Source: Candidatus Poribacteria bacterium
Lineage (GTDB): Bacteria > Abyssobacteria > SURF-5
Direction of reading: 5' to 3'
Length of the DNA: 64,000 nt
Assembly (NCBI GenBank): GCA_016215705.1
Contig: JACRIR010000051.1
Location: 7,771 to 71,770, forward strand
Shown here: piece by piece, positions 28,285-35,942 of the stretch
Numbering within the stretch: position 1 is the stretch's first letter
Layout: every line of letters begins with the position of its first letter
The notes under the pieces: model-generated
What the model was told of the DNA's origin: nothing
Databases searched by the model: none
What the model saw: the letters and a program-made list of their open reading frames with translations, nothing else
Translations under genes and position numbers: made by a program

Positions 28285-29957
28285 TGTCGATGTTCAGCGA
28301 AAAGTTTCTGGAAAGCCTCAAAGCGGAATACGGACGATGGGAGCAGAGTACTCTCAAGAAGATCCTTGATAAATATGGCATGACTTCGGATTCTATTCCC
28401 CGGCAGACATATACGCCGCTCGACATTGAGACGACCGACTTCTCGAATTGTGTCGGATTTCCGGGCGAGTTCCCGTTCACACGCGGAATCTACCCCACCA
28501 TGATAGTCGGAACAGGCATCGGAGGGCGGGCGTATTCCGGTTTCGGGAACCCGGAGGATACCCGCGACAGGCTCAGATTCTTGCTGTCGCAGGGACAGTT
28601 CGGCTTCAGCCTGGCCTTCGATCTGCCGACGCAGATAGGTCTCGATTCGGACCATCCGCTGGCGACCGGCGAGGTCGGCAGGGTAGGGGTGGCCCTCAGC
28701 TCACTGCAGGACATGGAGACTATTCTGTCGGCGTTCGACGGCGGCGCGCCTCTTGACAGAATTCGCTCCTCCTTTACGACCAACGCCCAGGCGGTTGTCG
28801 TCCTGTCGATGTACATCGCGATGGCGGAGAAACTGGGCATTCCCCTGAACCAGCTTACCGGCACGATTCAAAACGATATCTTGAAGGAATACATCGCGCG
28901 GGGCACATATATCTTCCCGCCAACACCCTCGATGCGTCTTACAGGGGACATCTTCGAGTTTTGCTCCAGGAATATGCCGCGGTTCAACATGATAAGCATT
29001 TGCGGGTATCACATACGCGAGGCGGGCGCTACCGCCTCGCAGGAATTGGCATTCATGTTGTGCAACGCCATCGCTTATTCGGAAGTGGCGCTCAAACGCG
29101 GACTCGGCCCGGACGACTTCCTCCCGAGATTCAGCTTCCTGTTCAGCAGCCACAGCAATTTCTTCGAGGAGGTTGCCAAATTCCGCGCTGCCCGCAGAAT
29201 GTGGGCAAAGATAGCGCGTGACCGGCTGGGCGCAAAGAAGACTGATTCGATGCGTTTCCGCGTTGCCTCCGGTTACGCGGGTTCCACGTTCACGGCGCAG
29301 AAACCTCTTAATAATATCGCGCGCGGCACGCTCGAATGTTTTGCGTCAATCATAGGCGGGAACATGGGGAGCGCCTCGGCGCCGTATGATGAAGCATTGG
29401 GATTGCCGACCGAAGAGGCCACCATAGTGGCGCTTGATACGCCTCGCATAATCCACTTCGAGGCGCGCGGCGCCGACGTGATAGACCCGCTCGGCGGCTC
29501 ATACTATGTCGAACATCTGACCGACGCCCTGGAAGCGCGCGCCACCGATCTCATCAACAAGGTCGACGCCCTGGGCGGAGCAGTCGCTGCAATTGAAAAG
29601 GGATTCATTCAGGCGGAGGTTGAAAGCAGTTCGTACAAGATGCAAAAGGAAATTGAGGAAGGGATGCGCCGGATTGTCGGAGTGAACGAGTTTGTAGGTG
29701 AGACGCCGCCATTGCATCCGATGGAATTGGCGTCAGACATCGAGGATCGCAGAATCCGTGCGCTCAGGCAGTTGCGTGCTGAACGCAACAACGCAGCGGT
29801 CGAGAAATGTTTGAACCGGGTTCGCGTCGCAGCCGAAGGAACAGAAAATCTTATTCCGTCTGTCATGGATGCGGTCAAGGCTATGGCCACCAACGGCGAG
29901 ATATGCGGCGTCCTAAGAGAAGTTTTCGGCGAAGCGCAACCGTTTACTTCGTACTAG
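28281..29957 (+). CDS. B12-dependent acyl-CoA mutase large (catalytic, CoA-binding) subunit, divergent methylmalonyl-CoA-mutase-like paralog lacking a fused B12 domain
   Basis: 558 aa. Substrate-barrel motifs [33 protein letters not shown] and [12 protein letters not shown] are conserved. GGRAYSGF replaces the canonical MCM motif RQYAGF. The MCM segment TQSLHTNS is replaced by NMGSASAPY. Confidence 0.85.
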   Translation: MMSMFSEKFLESLKAEYGRWEQSTLKKILDKYGMTSDSIPRQTYTPLDIETTDFSNCVGFPGEFPFTRGIYPTMIVGTGIGGRAYSGFGNPEDTRDRLRFLLSQGQFGFSLAFDLPTQIGLDSDHPLATGEVGRVGVALSSLQDMETILSAFDGGAPLDRIRSSFTTNAQAVVVLSMYIAMAEKLGIPLNQLTGTIQNDILKEYIARGTYIFPPTPSMRLTGDIFEFCSRNMPRFNMISICGYHIREAGATASQELAFMLCNAIAYSEVALKRGLGPDDFLPRFSFLFSSHSNFFEEVAKFRAARRMWAKIARDRLGAKKTDSMRFRVASGYAGSTFTAQKPLNNIARGTLECFASIIGGNMGSASAPYDEALGLPTEEATIVALDTPRIIHFEARGADVIDPLGGSYYVEHLTDALEARATDLINKVDALGGAVAAIEKGFIQAEVESSSYKMQKEIEEGMRRIVGVNEFVGETPPLHPMELASDIEDRRIRALRQLRAERNNAAVEKCLNRVRVAAEGTENLIPSVMDAVKAMATNGEICGVLREVFGEAQPFTSY

Positions 29958-29975
29958 TAGAGTGCTTCCTAAATA
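29955..29975. repeat. short repeat TAGT(A/G)GAGTGCTTCCTAAAT immediately after a stop codon
   Basis: Also found at 46325-46345, after the DUF374 gene. Confidence 0.5.
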
Positions 29976-30046
29976 AGATGCATTGATTCGGCTACGGTCT
30001 CCCCCTTCGCCTTCTCAATGTACACCCTGTATCCCGGGAGAATATT

Positions 30047-30850
30047 ATGAACGACAACCACATGCTGCTTGAAAAAGACGGCTACGTCGCCACCATAACC
30101 ATCAATCGACCCGATCAGCGCAACGCCATGCTGTCAATCATGTGGAAATGGCTCGGCGAAACGATGGATAAGCTAAGCGAAGACAACGACGTCAGGTGTG
30201 TTATCATCCGTGGCGCGGGCGACAAGGCGTTTGCGTCGGGAGCTGACATCTCAGAATTTGAGGTGTGGACCAGCCAGGAGAAAGCGCGGGAATATGGCGG
30301 CCGCATCGAATACGCCCTCCAGAGCATCGAGAAGCACAGAAACCCGGTGATTGCGATGATTCAGGGCTATGCCCTTGGCGCGGGCTGCGAGCTCGCGGTC
30401 GCCTGCGACCTCCGGATTCTCGCCGACGGCTCAAAAATCGGCATCCCGTCGGCAAAACTCGGCGTAATGCTGAATTACGAGAATTATCATAGAGTTGTCG
30501 ACCTGGTAGGCATCTCGATTGCGCGAGAAATATTCTTCCTGGGCCATCCCCTTGATGCGCAGCGCGCGAAAGAAGTCGGATTGGCCAATTTCGTTGTGCC
30601 CAAACCGGAACTGCAAACGTTCACTTGCGAGATCGCACGCGAGATTTCGGAAAATGCTCCGCTATCGGTGAGGGGAAGCAAGCGTGTTCTGCACGCATGC
30701 GCCGTGCACGGAATGCTTGATCGCGACCGCGACGCCGATGCGCTCGCGCAGCTCGATGACTTGAGCGCAGCTTGCTTCTTGAGCGAGGACGTGAAGGAGG
30801 GCGTAAGCGCCTTCTTCGGCCGCCGCAAGGCCGATTTCAAAGGGGAATGA
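30047..30850 (+). CDS. enoyl-CoA hydratase/isomerase (crotonase) family protein
   Basis: 267 aa with crotonase oxyanion and active-site segments (RGAGDKAFASGADI; GYALGAGCELAVACD). Confidence 0.85.
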   Translation: MNDNHMLLEKDGYVATITINRPDQRNAMLSIMWKWLGETMDKLSEDNDVRCVIIRGAGDKAFASGADISEFEVWTSQEKAREYGGRIEYALQSIEKHRNPVIAMIQGYALGAGCELAVACDLRILADGSKIGIPSAKLGVMLNYENYHRVVDLVGISIAREIFFLGHPLDAQRAKEVGLANFVVPKPELQTFTCEIAREISENAPLSVRGSKRVLHACAVHGMLDRDRDADALAQLDDLSAACFLSEDVKEGVSAFFGRRKADFKGE

Positions 30851-30894
30851 ACCAGGTTCACGGTTTACAGCCTACAGTTTACGGTTGAATCGAG
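30847..30894. repeat. family E repeat copy
   Basis: tgaaccaggttcacggtttacagcctacagtttacggttgaatcgagg. Confidence 0.5.
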
Positions 30895-31019
30895 GAGAAG
30901 CTGACAACTTTACCTTATTCCCTCGAAAGCGGGAATCCACGTTCGTGATGTCTCAGCGCACAAATCTGGATTCCTGCTTTCGCGGGAATGACGGTGAGGG
31001 TGTGGTAGGGAGATTACCG

Positions 31020-32348
31020 ATGAACATGACACGTGAACTCTGTGACGCAATTGAAAGGACTACTTTCGAGCAGATTCCGACTGACGCCATTGCGGAAGCG
31101 AAGCTCTGCCTGCTCGACTGGCTGGGCGTAACGCTAGGCGGCGCCCATGAGCCGCTCACGAAGATTCTTATGGAGATTGGCGACCTCGTCGGGGGCGAGA
31201 AGCAGTCCAGCATTGTCGGCCATGCGCGCAAGACCTCGATTCTGAACGCGGCCTTGATTAACGGCTCCGCGTCGCATGCGCTCGATTTCGATGACGTACA
31301 CTTCCAGATGATGGGTCATCCGACCGTGCCGGTCATGCCCGCGCTACTCTCATTGGCCGAAGTTCGAAAGAGCAGCGGGCGTGATGTTCTCACTGCATTT
31401 TTGCTCGGATTCGAGGCGGAGTGCAGAATCGGATCCTCAGTCTTCCCGTTTCATTACCAGCAAGGCTGGCATGCGACCTCGACAATCGGACGCTTCGGAG
31501 CAGCGGCCGCATGTTCAAAGTTGCTCGGCCTCGACGCGGCGCGCATGAGTTTCGGCCTTGGCGTGGCCGGCACACAAGCGGCCGGCCTCAAGCAGGTCTT
31601 CGGTACAATGTCCAAGCCGTTCCACGCCGGAAAAGCCGCGATGGATGGGCTTCTTGCGGCTTTGCTCGCCGAAAAAGGCTTCACTTGCTCCGAGGATATC
31701 ATTGCAGGCGAGGGCGGTTTCTGCAAAGTGCTCTCGCCGGACGCGAATCCTGAATTGATCATGCAGGACTTTGGCAAGACATACGCCATCGGGAACGTTA
31801 TGTTCAAGCGGCATGCCTCTTGTTTTGAGACGCATCCGACCATCGACGCGGCCCTCGATATTCGCAGTAAGGTGCGCGCGGACGATATCGCGGAAGTGCG
31901 AGTCTCCGCGGTTCCGGTCGCTCTCGAGATCGCCGGAAAAACTGAACCTAGCACCGGTCTCGAAGGCAAGTTCAGCCTTGCCTATTGCGCTGCGCTTGCA
32001 CTCGTCGACGGCGAGACGGGTGAAGACCGTTTCTCGGATGAAAATGTTCTGAGCGATCAACTGGTCGCAATGCGCAAGAAGATAACAGTGACCCCTGACG
32101 AACAACTCGGCTTGACACAAGCGGAAATCACCGTGCGGATGCGCGACGGTCGCCAATTGAAGAGCAGCGCCGACACGCTCGAGTCCGGCTCAAACAAAGA
32201 AAAGCGAAAAGCCGACCTTGTTCGGAAGTTCCGCTCTTTCGCCGAACGGCTCCTTCCGCCAGGCAGGGCGGATGCCATAATTAGATTTGTCGAGAACATG
32301 GAAGCGCAGAAGAACGTGGCAAAACTCTTAGCCCTCTGCCGTCCATGA
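31020..32348 (+). CDS. MmgE/PrpD family protein (2-methylcitrate dehydratase / cis-aconitate decarboxylase superfamily)
   Basis: The ORF extends to 30885, but ATG 31020 has a GGGAG RBS 6 nt upstream, and the extension covers a repeat or hairpin region. PrpD-family motifs are present throughout (GSASHALDFDD, HPTVPV). Confidence 0.8.
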   Translation: MNMTRELCDAIERTTFEQIPTDAIAEAKLCLLDWLGVTLGGAHEPLTKILMEIGDLVGGEKQSSIVGHARKTSILNAALINGSASHALDFDDVHFQMMGHPTVPVMPALLSLAEVRKSSGRDVLTAFLLGFEAECRIGSSVFPFHYQQGWHATSTIGRFGAAAACSKLLGLDAARMSFGLGVAGTQAAGLKQVFGTMSKPFHAGKAAMDGLLAALLAEKGFTCSEDIIAGEGGFCKVLSPDANPELIMQDFGKTYAIGNVMFKRHASCFETHPTIDAALDIRSKVRADDIAEVRVSAVPVALEIAGKTEPSTGLEGKFSLAYCAALALVDGETGEDRFSDENVLSDQLVAMRKKITVTPDEQLGLTQAEITVRMRDGRQLKSSADTLESGSNKEKRKADLVRKFRSFAERLLPPGRADAIIRFVENMEAQKNVAKLLALCRP

Positions 32349-32373
32349 TATTGGACGGCGTGCTGTGGAGGCG

Positions 32374-32414
32374 CTTATTCGGGGACATCATGCCGCATGG
32401 TGTTGCCGAATGAG
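32374..32414. repeat. REP-like palindrome family A, copy 3
   Basis: cttattcggggacatcatgccgcatggtgttgccgaatgag. Confidence 0.7.
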
Positions 32415-32460
32415 CGGCTGCGGCGCGGTCCCCGCTTAGCAACCAAACAAAGGAGCCAAA

Positions 32461-33654
32461 ATGCAGAAAATTCTCGAAGGCGTCAGGATACTCGACCTCT
32501 CACGCATGCTCGCGGGCCCATATGGCTCCATGCTTCTCGGAGACCTCGGCGCAGAAGTCATTAAAATCGAAGAACCCGGCAGCGGTGACCTCACCCGGAC
32601 AACTTCCGCTCAGGCCGCTCTTCGGGGCATCAGCGCATACTTTCTGAGCATCAATCGAAGCAAGAAGAGCGTTACGCTGAATATGAAGACCGAAAAAGGG
32701 CGCGCCATCTTCTACGAACTCGTCAAGAAGGCTGATGTTGTCTACGACAACTTCCGGCCGGATGCTCTCGAGAGGCTCGGATGCACATATGAGATTCTTT
32801 CAAAACACAACCCCGGAATTATTTGCTGTTCGGTATCGGCATTCGGACACGACGGTCCCTATCGCGACCTGCCCGCATACGATGTCATTCTTCAGGCAAT
32901 CGGCGGCACAATGGGCCTTACAGGACCCGAAGGCGGCGACCCGGTTCTGATGGGAGTGCCGATGGGCGACCTTGGCGGCGGCATTTTCGGGGCGCTCGCG
33001 ATATCAGCGGCGCTTTACAATCGTGAGAAAACCGGCTGCGGCCAGAAGCTGGATATCAGTCTGCTCGACAGCCAGATATCGTTGCTGGTCTACATGGCGC
33101 AAACTTACATAGCCAACGGACAGGTTCCTAAGCCCCGCGGCACAATGCACCCGCTGATCGCCCCTTTCCGTGCGTTCAAAACAAGGGACGGCCACATTGC
33201 GGTGGTCGCTTTCCAGGATAAATTCTTTGAGAGCTTTTGCCGGATAATCGAACGCGAAGACCTCCTGACCGATGAACGGTTTGACAACTTGATTAATCGC
33301 GCTTTGAACAAGACTGAGTTGTATGCTATATTGGATACGATTTTCCCGAGAAAAACGACCGCTGAGTGGCTTGCGCCGTTGCGTGAAGCTCAAATTCCCT
33401 CGGGTCCCGTGAACGACATCAAGGATGCCTTGAATGATATCCAGGTGCGACACAGAAAGATGGTTGTCGAGATTGACCACCCCGAAATCGGGCGCTACGA
33501 GGCTCTGGGGAATCCTATAAAATCGTCGGCGATGCACGATGGCGAATTCATGCCGCCGCCTGCGCTTGGCCAACATACGGACGAAGTGCTCGGCGCGCTG
33601 GCCGGTCTTTCGGCCGATGAGATCAAGTCTTTGCGCAATGAAGGCGTGATCTGA
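32461..33654 (+). CDS. CoA transferase family III (CaiB/BaiF family)
   Basis: 397 aa. The N-terminus ILEGVRILDLSRMLAGPYGSMLLGDLGAEVIKIE is the hallmark of family III CoA-transferases. Confidence 0.85.
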   Translation: MQKILEGVRILDLSRMLAGPYGSMLLGDLGAEVIKIEEPGSGDLTRTTSAQAALRGISAYFLSINRSKKSVTLNMKTEKGRAIFYELVKKADVVYDNFRPDALERLGCTYEILSKHNPGIICCSVSAFGHDGPYRDLPAYDVILQAIGGTMGLTGPEGGDPVLMGVPMGDLGGGIFGALAISAALYNREKTGCGQKLDISLLDSQISLLVYMAQTYIANGQVPKPRGTMHPLIAPFRAFKTRDGHIAVVAFQDKFFESFCRIIEREDLLTDERFDNLINRALNKTELYAILDTIFPRKTTAEWLAPLREAQIPSGPVNDIKDALNDIQVRHRKMVVEIDHPEIGRYEALGNPIKSSAMHDGEFMPPPALGQHTDEVLGALAGLSADEIKSLRNEGVI

Positions 33655-33665
33655 TATCCCCTAGG

Positions 33666-33686
33666 TCGGGGACATCACGCCGATCT
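33666..33686. repeat. REP-like palindrome family A, partial copy 4
   Basis: gtcggggacatcacgccgatc. Confidence 0.45.
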
Positions 33687-33753
33687 CTTAGCACACTTTT
33701 TCATAAATACGGTGACGAATAAACTCTAAGCTCTGAACCCCAAACCAGATATC

Positions 33754-34170
33754 TTGGGAGGACATGAGGGTATGCCTGAAAAGAAAATACGAGTGTTGGT
33801 TGCCAAGCCCGGTCTTGACGGCCACGACCGCGGCGCAAAAGTCATTGCGCGCGCGCTCCGCGACGCCGGAATGGAAGTCATTTACACTGGTCTTCGTCAA
33901 ACCCCTGAGCAGATCGTTTCTGCGGCTTTGCAGGAGGACGTGGACGTGATAGGTCTGAGCGTCCTTTCGGGCGCTCATATGGGACTGACTCAGAAAATCA
34001 TAGCCAGGCTCAAAGAGCAAAATGCCGGCGACAAAATGGTGCTGGTGGGGGGAACCATCCTCGCAAAAGATATCCCTAAGTTGAAAGATATGGGTGTTGC
34101 CGAAGTCTTTCCGACGGGCAGTCGCCTCGAAGAACCGATCAAATTTATCAAAGAACGACTCGGAAACTGA
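33754..34170 (+). CDS. cobalamin B12-binding domain protein (acyl-CoA mutase small subunit)
   Basis: 138 aa. The DxHxxG motif is present in [22 protein letters not shown]. SxL and GG motifs are also present, giving the classic MCM C-terminal domain. Confidence 0.85.
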   Translation: MGGHEGMPEKKIRVLVAKPGLDGHDRGAKVIARALRDAGMEVIYTGLRQTPEQIVSAALQEDVDVIGLSVLSGAHMGLTQKIIARLKEQNAGDKMVLVGGTILAKDIPKLKDMGVAEVFPTGSRLEEPIKFIKERLGN

Positions 34171-34233
34171 TGGGCAGTGGCGCAGGTCTTTCCATGTGAC
34201 GGCACTCAGTCGCGTATACCATGCAGCGTGGCG

Positions 34234-34277
34234 TTTATTCGGGTACACCATGTCGCATGGGGTGTCCCCGAATAGAC
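34234..34277. repeat. REP-like palindrome family A, copy 5
   Basis: tttattcgggtacaccatgtcgcatggggtgtccccgaataga. Confidence 0.7.
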
Positions 34278-34377
34278 GCTCATCGTGTCCCAGAGTAAAT
34301 GTGGTTTCTCAGGAGCGCCTGACCGCACATAACGTGGTTAATTGTAGAGGAAAGGTGGAGCGAGGGGAATTAACGTG

Positions 34378-34550
34378 ATTTCATGCTGAGCGAAGCGAAG
34401 AATCTCTTTTCTTGGCTTCCTTCCCTTTCGCCATTCGTCTCTTTCTTAAGGAGGCATAACCCGTGCCTGAACACAGTCGAAGTCACCTGAATCCTAAACC
34501 ATGAACCGTGAACTATGAACCATGAACCCTAAACCCTAAACCCTGAACCA
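34378..34550. repeat. composite repeat: family D copy (tcatgctgagcgaagcgaagaatctc) plus family E (tgaaccgtgaac, ctaaaccc x3)
   Basis: gatttcatgctgagcgaagcgaagaatctcttttcttgg, then cctgaatcctaaaccatgaaccgtgaactatgaaccatgaaccctaaaccctaaaccctgaacc. Confidence 0.6.
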
Positions 34551-34567
34551 ACCAAAGGTGCGAACAC

Positions 34568-35644
34568 ATGCCTGAAATAAGAAAACTTGATATCGACACC
34601 CCCGCTCTTCTCATTGACCTCGACAGAATGGAACATAACATCAAGAAGATGGCAAGTTTCTTCGATATGCAGTTCTCCAACTTGAGGCCGCACACAAAGA
34701 CCCATAAATGTCCCGTCCTGGCGCACAAACAGCTTCAGGCAGGCGCTCAAGGGATAACGTGCGCAAAATTGGGCGAAGCAGAGGTAATGGCCGCCGCAGG
34801 CATACGGGATATCCTTATCGCCAACCAGATAGTGGGCCCCGACAAAATCGCGCGTCTGGCAAATCTCGCCCGACATTGCGACATCATGGTGGCCGTCGAA
34901 TCTCGCCACAATGTCGCAGACCTCTCCATGGCGGCGAGGCATGCGGGCTCCACTATTCGCATTCTCATCGAGGTCGATGTCGGAATGCACCGGTGCGGCG
35001 TGAAGAGCCCGGAAGAAGCGGTCTCGCTTGCTCAAAAGATTCTGGAAAGCCCGGGGCTGCAATTCGAGGGCATCATGGGTTACGAGGGCCACGCGGTAAT
35101 GATTCCGGAACTCGACGACCGGCGACAGGCCTGTCTCAAGTCGATGCAAGTCCTGATAGGCGCCAGAGATGCCCTGCTGAAGAGCGGAATCGAAGTGAAG
35201 ATTGTAAGCGCAGGCGGAACCGGAACGTACAACATCGCAGGTTCGTACCCGGGAGTAACGGAAATCCAGGCGGGCTCCTACATACTCATGGATGCAAAAT
35301 ATCGAAGCGTGCTGCAGGATTTTGAATCGGCCCTCACAATCCTTTCTACGGTCACGAGTCGGCCCGACAAGGAAACAGCGATCCTCGACGCGGGCATGAA
35401 GGCGATGACGTTTGAATTCGGGATGCCGGAGCTTGTCGGAGTCGCCGGCGCCGCCGTCTCTTTCCTCTCCGAGGAACACGGCCACCTGTATCTTGAGGAT
35501 GCGGACCCCCAGGTGGGTGAAAAAGTCGAGCTCATTCCCAGTCATTGCTGCACAACCATCAATCTCCATGACCGCTTTTACGCCGTTCGCGGAGATCGTC
35601 TGGAGGCCGTCTGGTCTGTTGCCGGCCGCGGCAAATTCGCGTAG
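34568..35644 (+). CDS. alanine racemase N-terminal domain protein, DSD1 family PLP-dependent enzyme (D-serine dehydratase / D-threonine aldolase / D-3-hydroxyaspartate dehydratase-like)
   Basis: 358 aa. PLP-lysine segment LRPHTKTHKCPVLAHKQ. Fold-type III barrel plus a C-terminal domain. Confidence 0.75.
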   Translation: MPEIRKLDIDTPALLIDLDRMEHNIKKMASFFDMQFSNLRPHTKTHKCPVLAHKQLQAGAQGITCAKLGEAEVMAAAGIRDILIANQIVGPDKIARLANLARHCDIMVAVESRHNVADLSMAARHAGSTIRILIEVDVGMHRCGVKSPEEAVSLAQKILESPGLQFEGIMGYEGHAVMIPELDDRRQACLKSMQVLIGARDALLKSGIEVKIVSAGGTGTYNIAGSYPGVTEIQAGSYILMDAKYRSVLQDFESALTILSTVTSRPDKETAILDAGMKAMTFEFGMPELVGVAGAAVSFLSEEHGHLYLEDADPQVGEKVELIPSHCCTTINLHDRFYAVRGDRLEAVWSVAGRGKFA

Positions 35645-35729
35645 GCCAGTTCCACACGTGTAGGAGATGCCAACTTGTGTCCTGGAGGCGGAAAAGGCAA
35701 GGTTATCTTGGTCTCAGCGTTTATGTCTG

Positions 35730-35758
35730 TTGACAAACATAGATATGTGTGGTATAAT
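35730..35758 (+). promoter_or_regulatory. consensus sigma70 promoter with no downstream protein-coding gene on its strand
   Basis: TTGACA (35730-35735), a 17-nt spacer, then TATAAT (35753-35758). Confidence 0.55.
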
Positions 35759-35764
35759 TCCATT

Positions 35765-35835
35765 GTTCCAATTTCCCAACCCCCATGCACGAAGAGGGGG
35801 AAGTGCGAAAGCCTTCCCCCTCTTATGCTTTAATG
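35765..35835 (+). ncRNA. candidate small RNA (promoter to intrinsic terminator), unknown family
   Basis: Predicted TSS about 35765. The GC-rich hairpin gaagagggggaag-tgcgaaagc-cttccccctctt (35791-35824) is followed by atgctttaat. It lies in the convergent gap between the DSD1-like gene and selB. Confidence 0.3.
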
Positions 35836-35942
35836 TCCTCAGCACAAAAACGCCGTTGAAAACCCCACGGTGCTTCCAGAGAAGAACGAACTCCTTTTCA
35901 CCGCAAAGCCGCAAGTGGTGCAAGGGAAAAGCAAGAGTGTTG

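Noticed and set aside
30885-31019. N-terminal extension of the PrpD-family ORF (and similar extensions at 39668-39760 for selA, 53355-53561 for the FAD oxidoreductase, 57842-58015 for the second HGD subunit, 44826-44942 for gamma-CA, 22710-22736 for the subtilase)
   Set aside because: Downstream start codons have clear RBSs and give canonical N-termini or domain boundaries. The extensions overlap upstream genes or repeat elements.
34488-34550. Short tandem repeats (ctaaaccc x3, tgaacc x4) that could be mistaken for a CRISPR array
   Set aside because: Repeat units are about 8 nt with no spacers of uniform length and no cas genes. They belong to the dispersed family E repeats.
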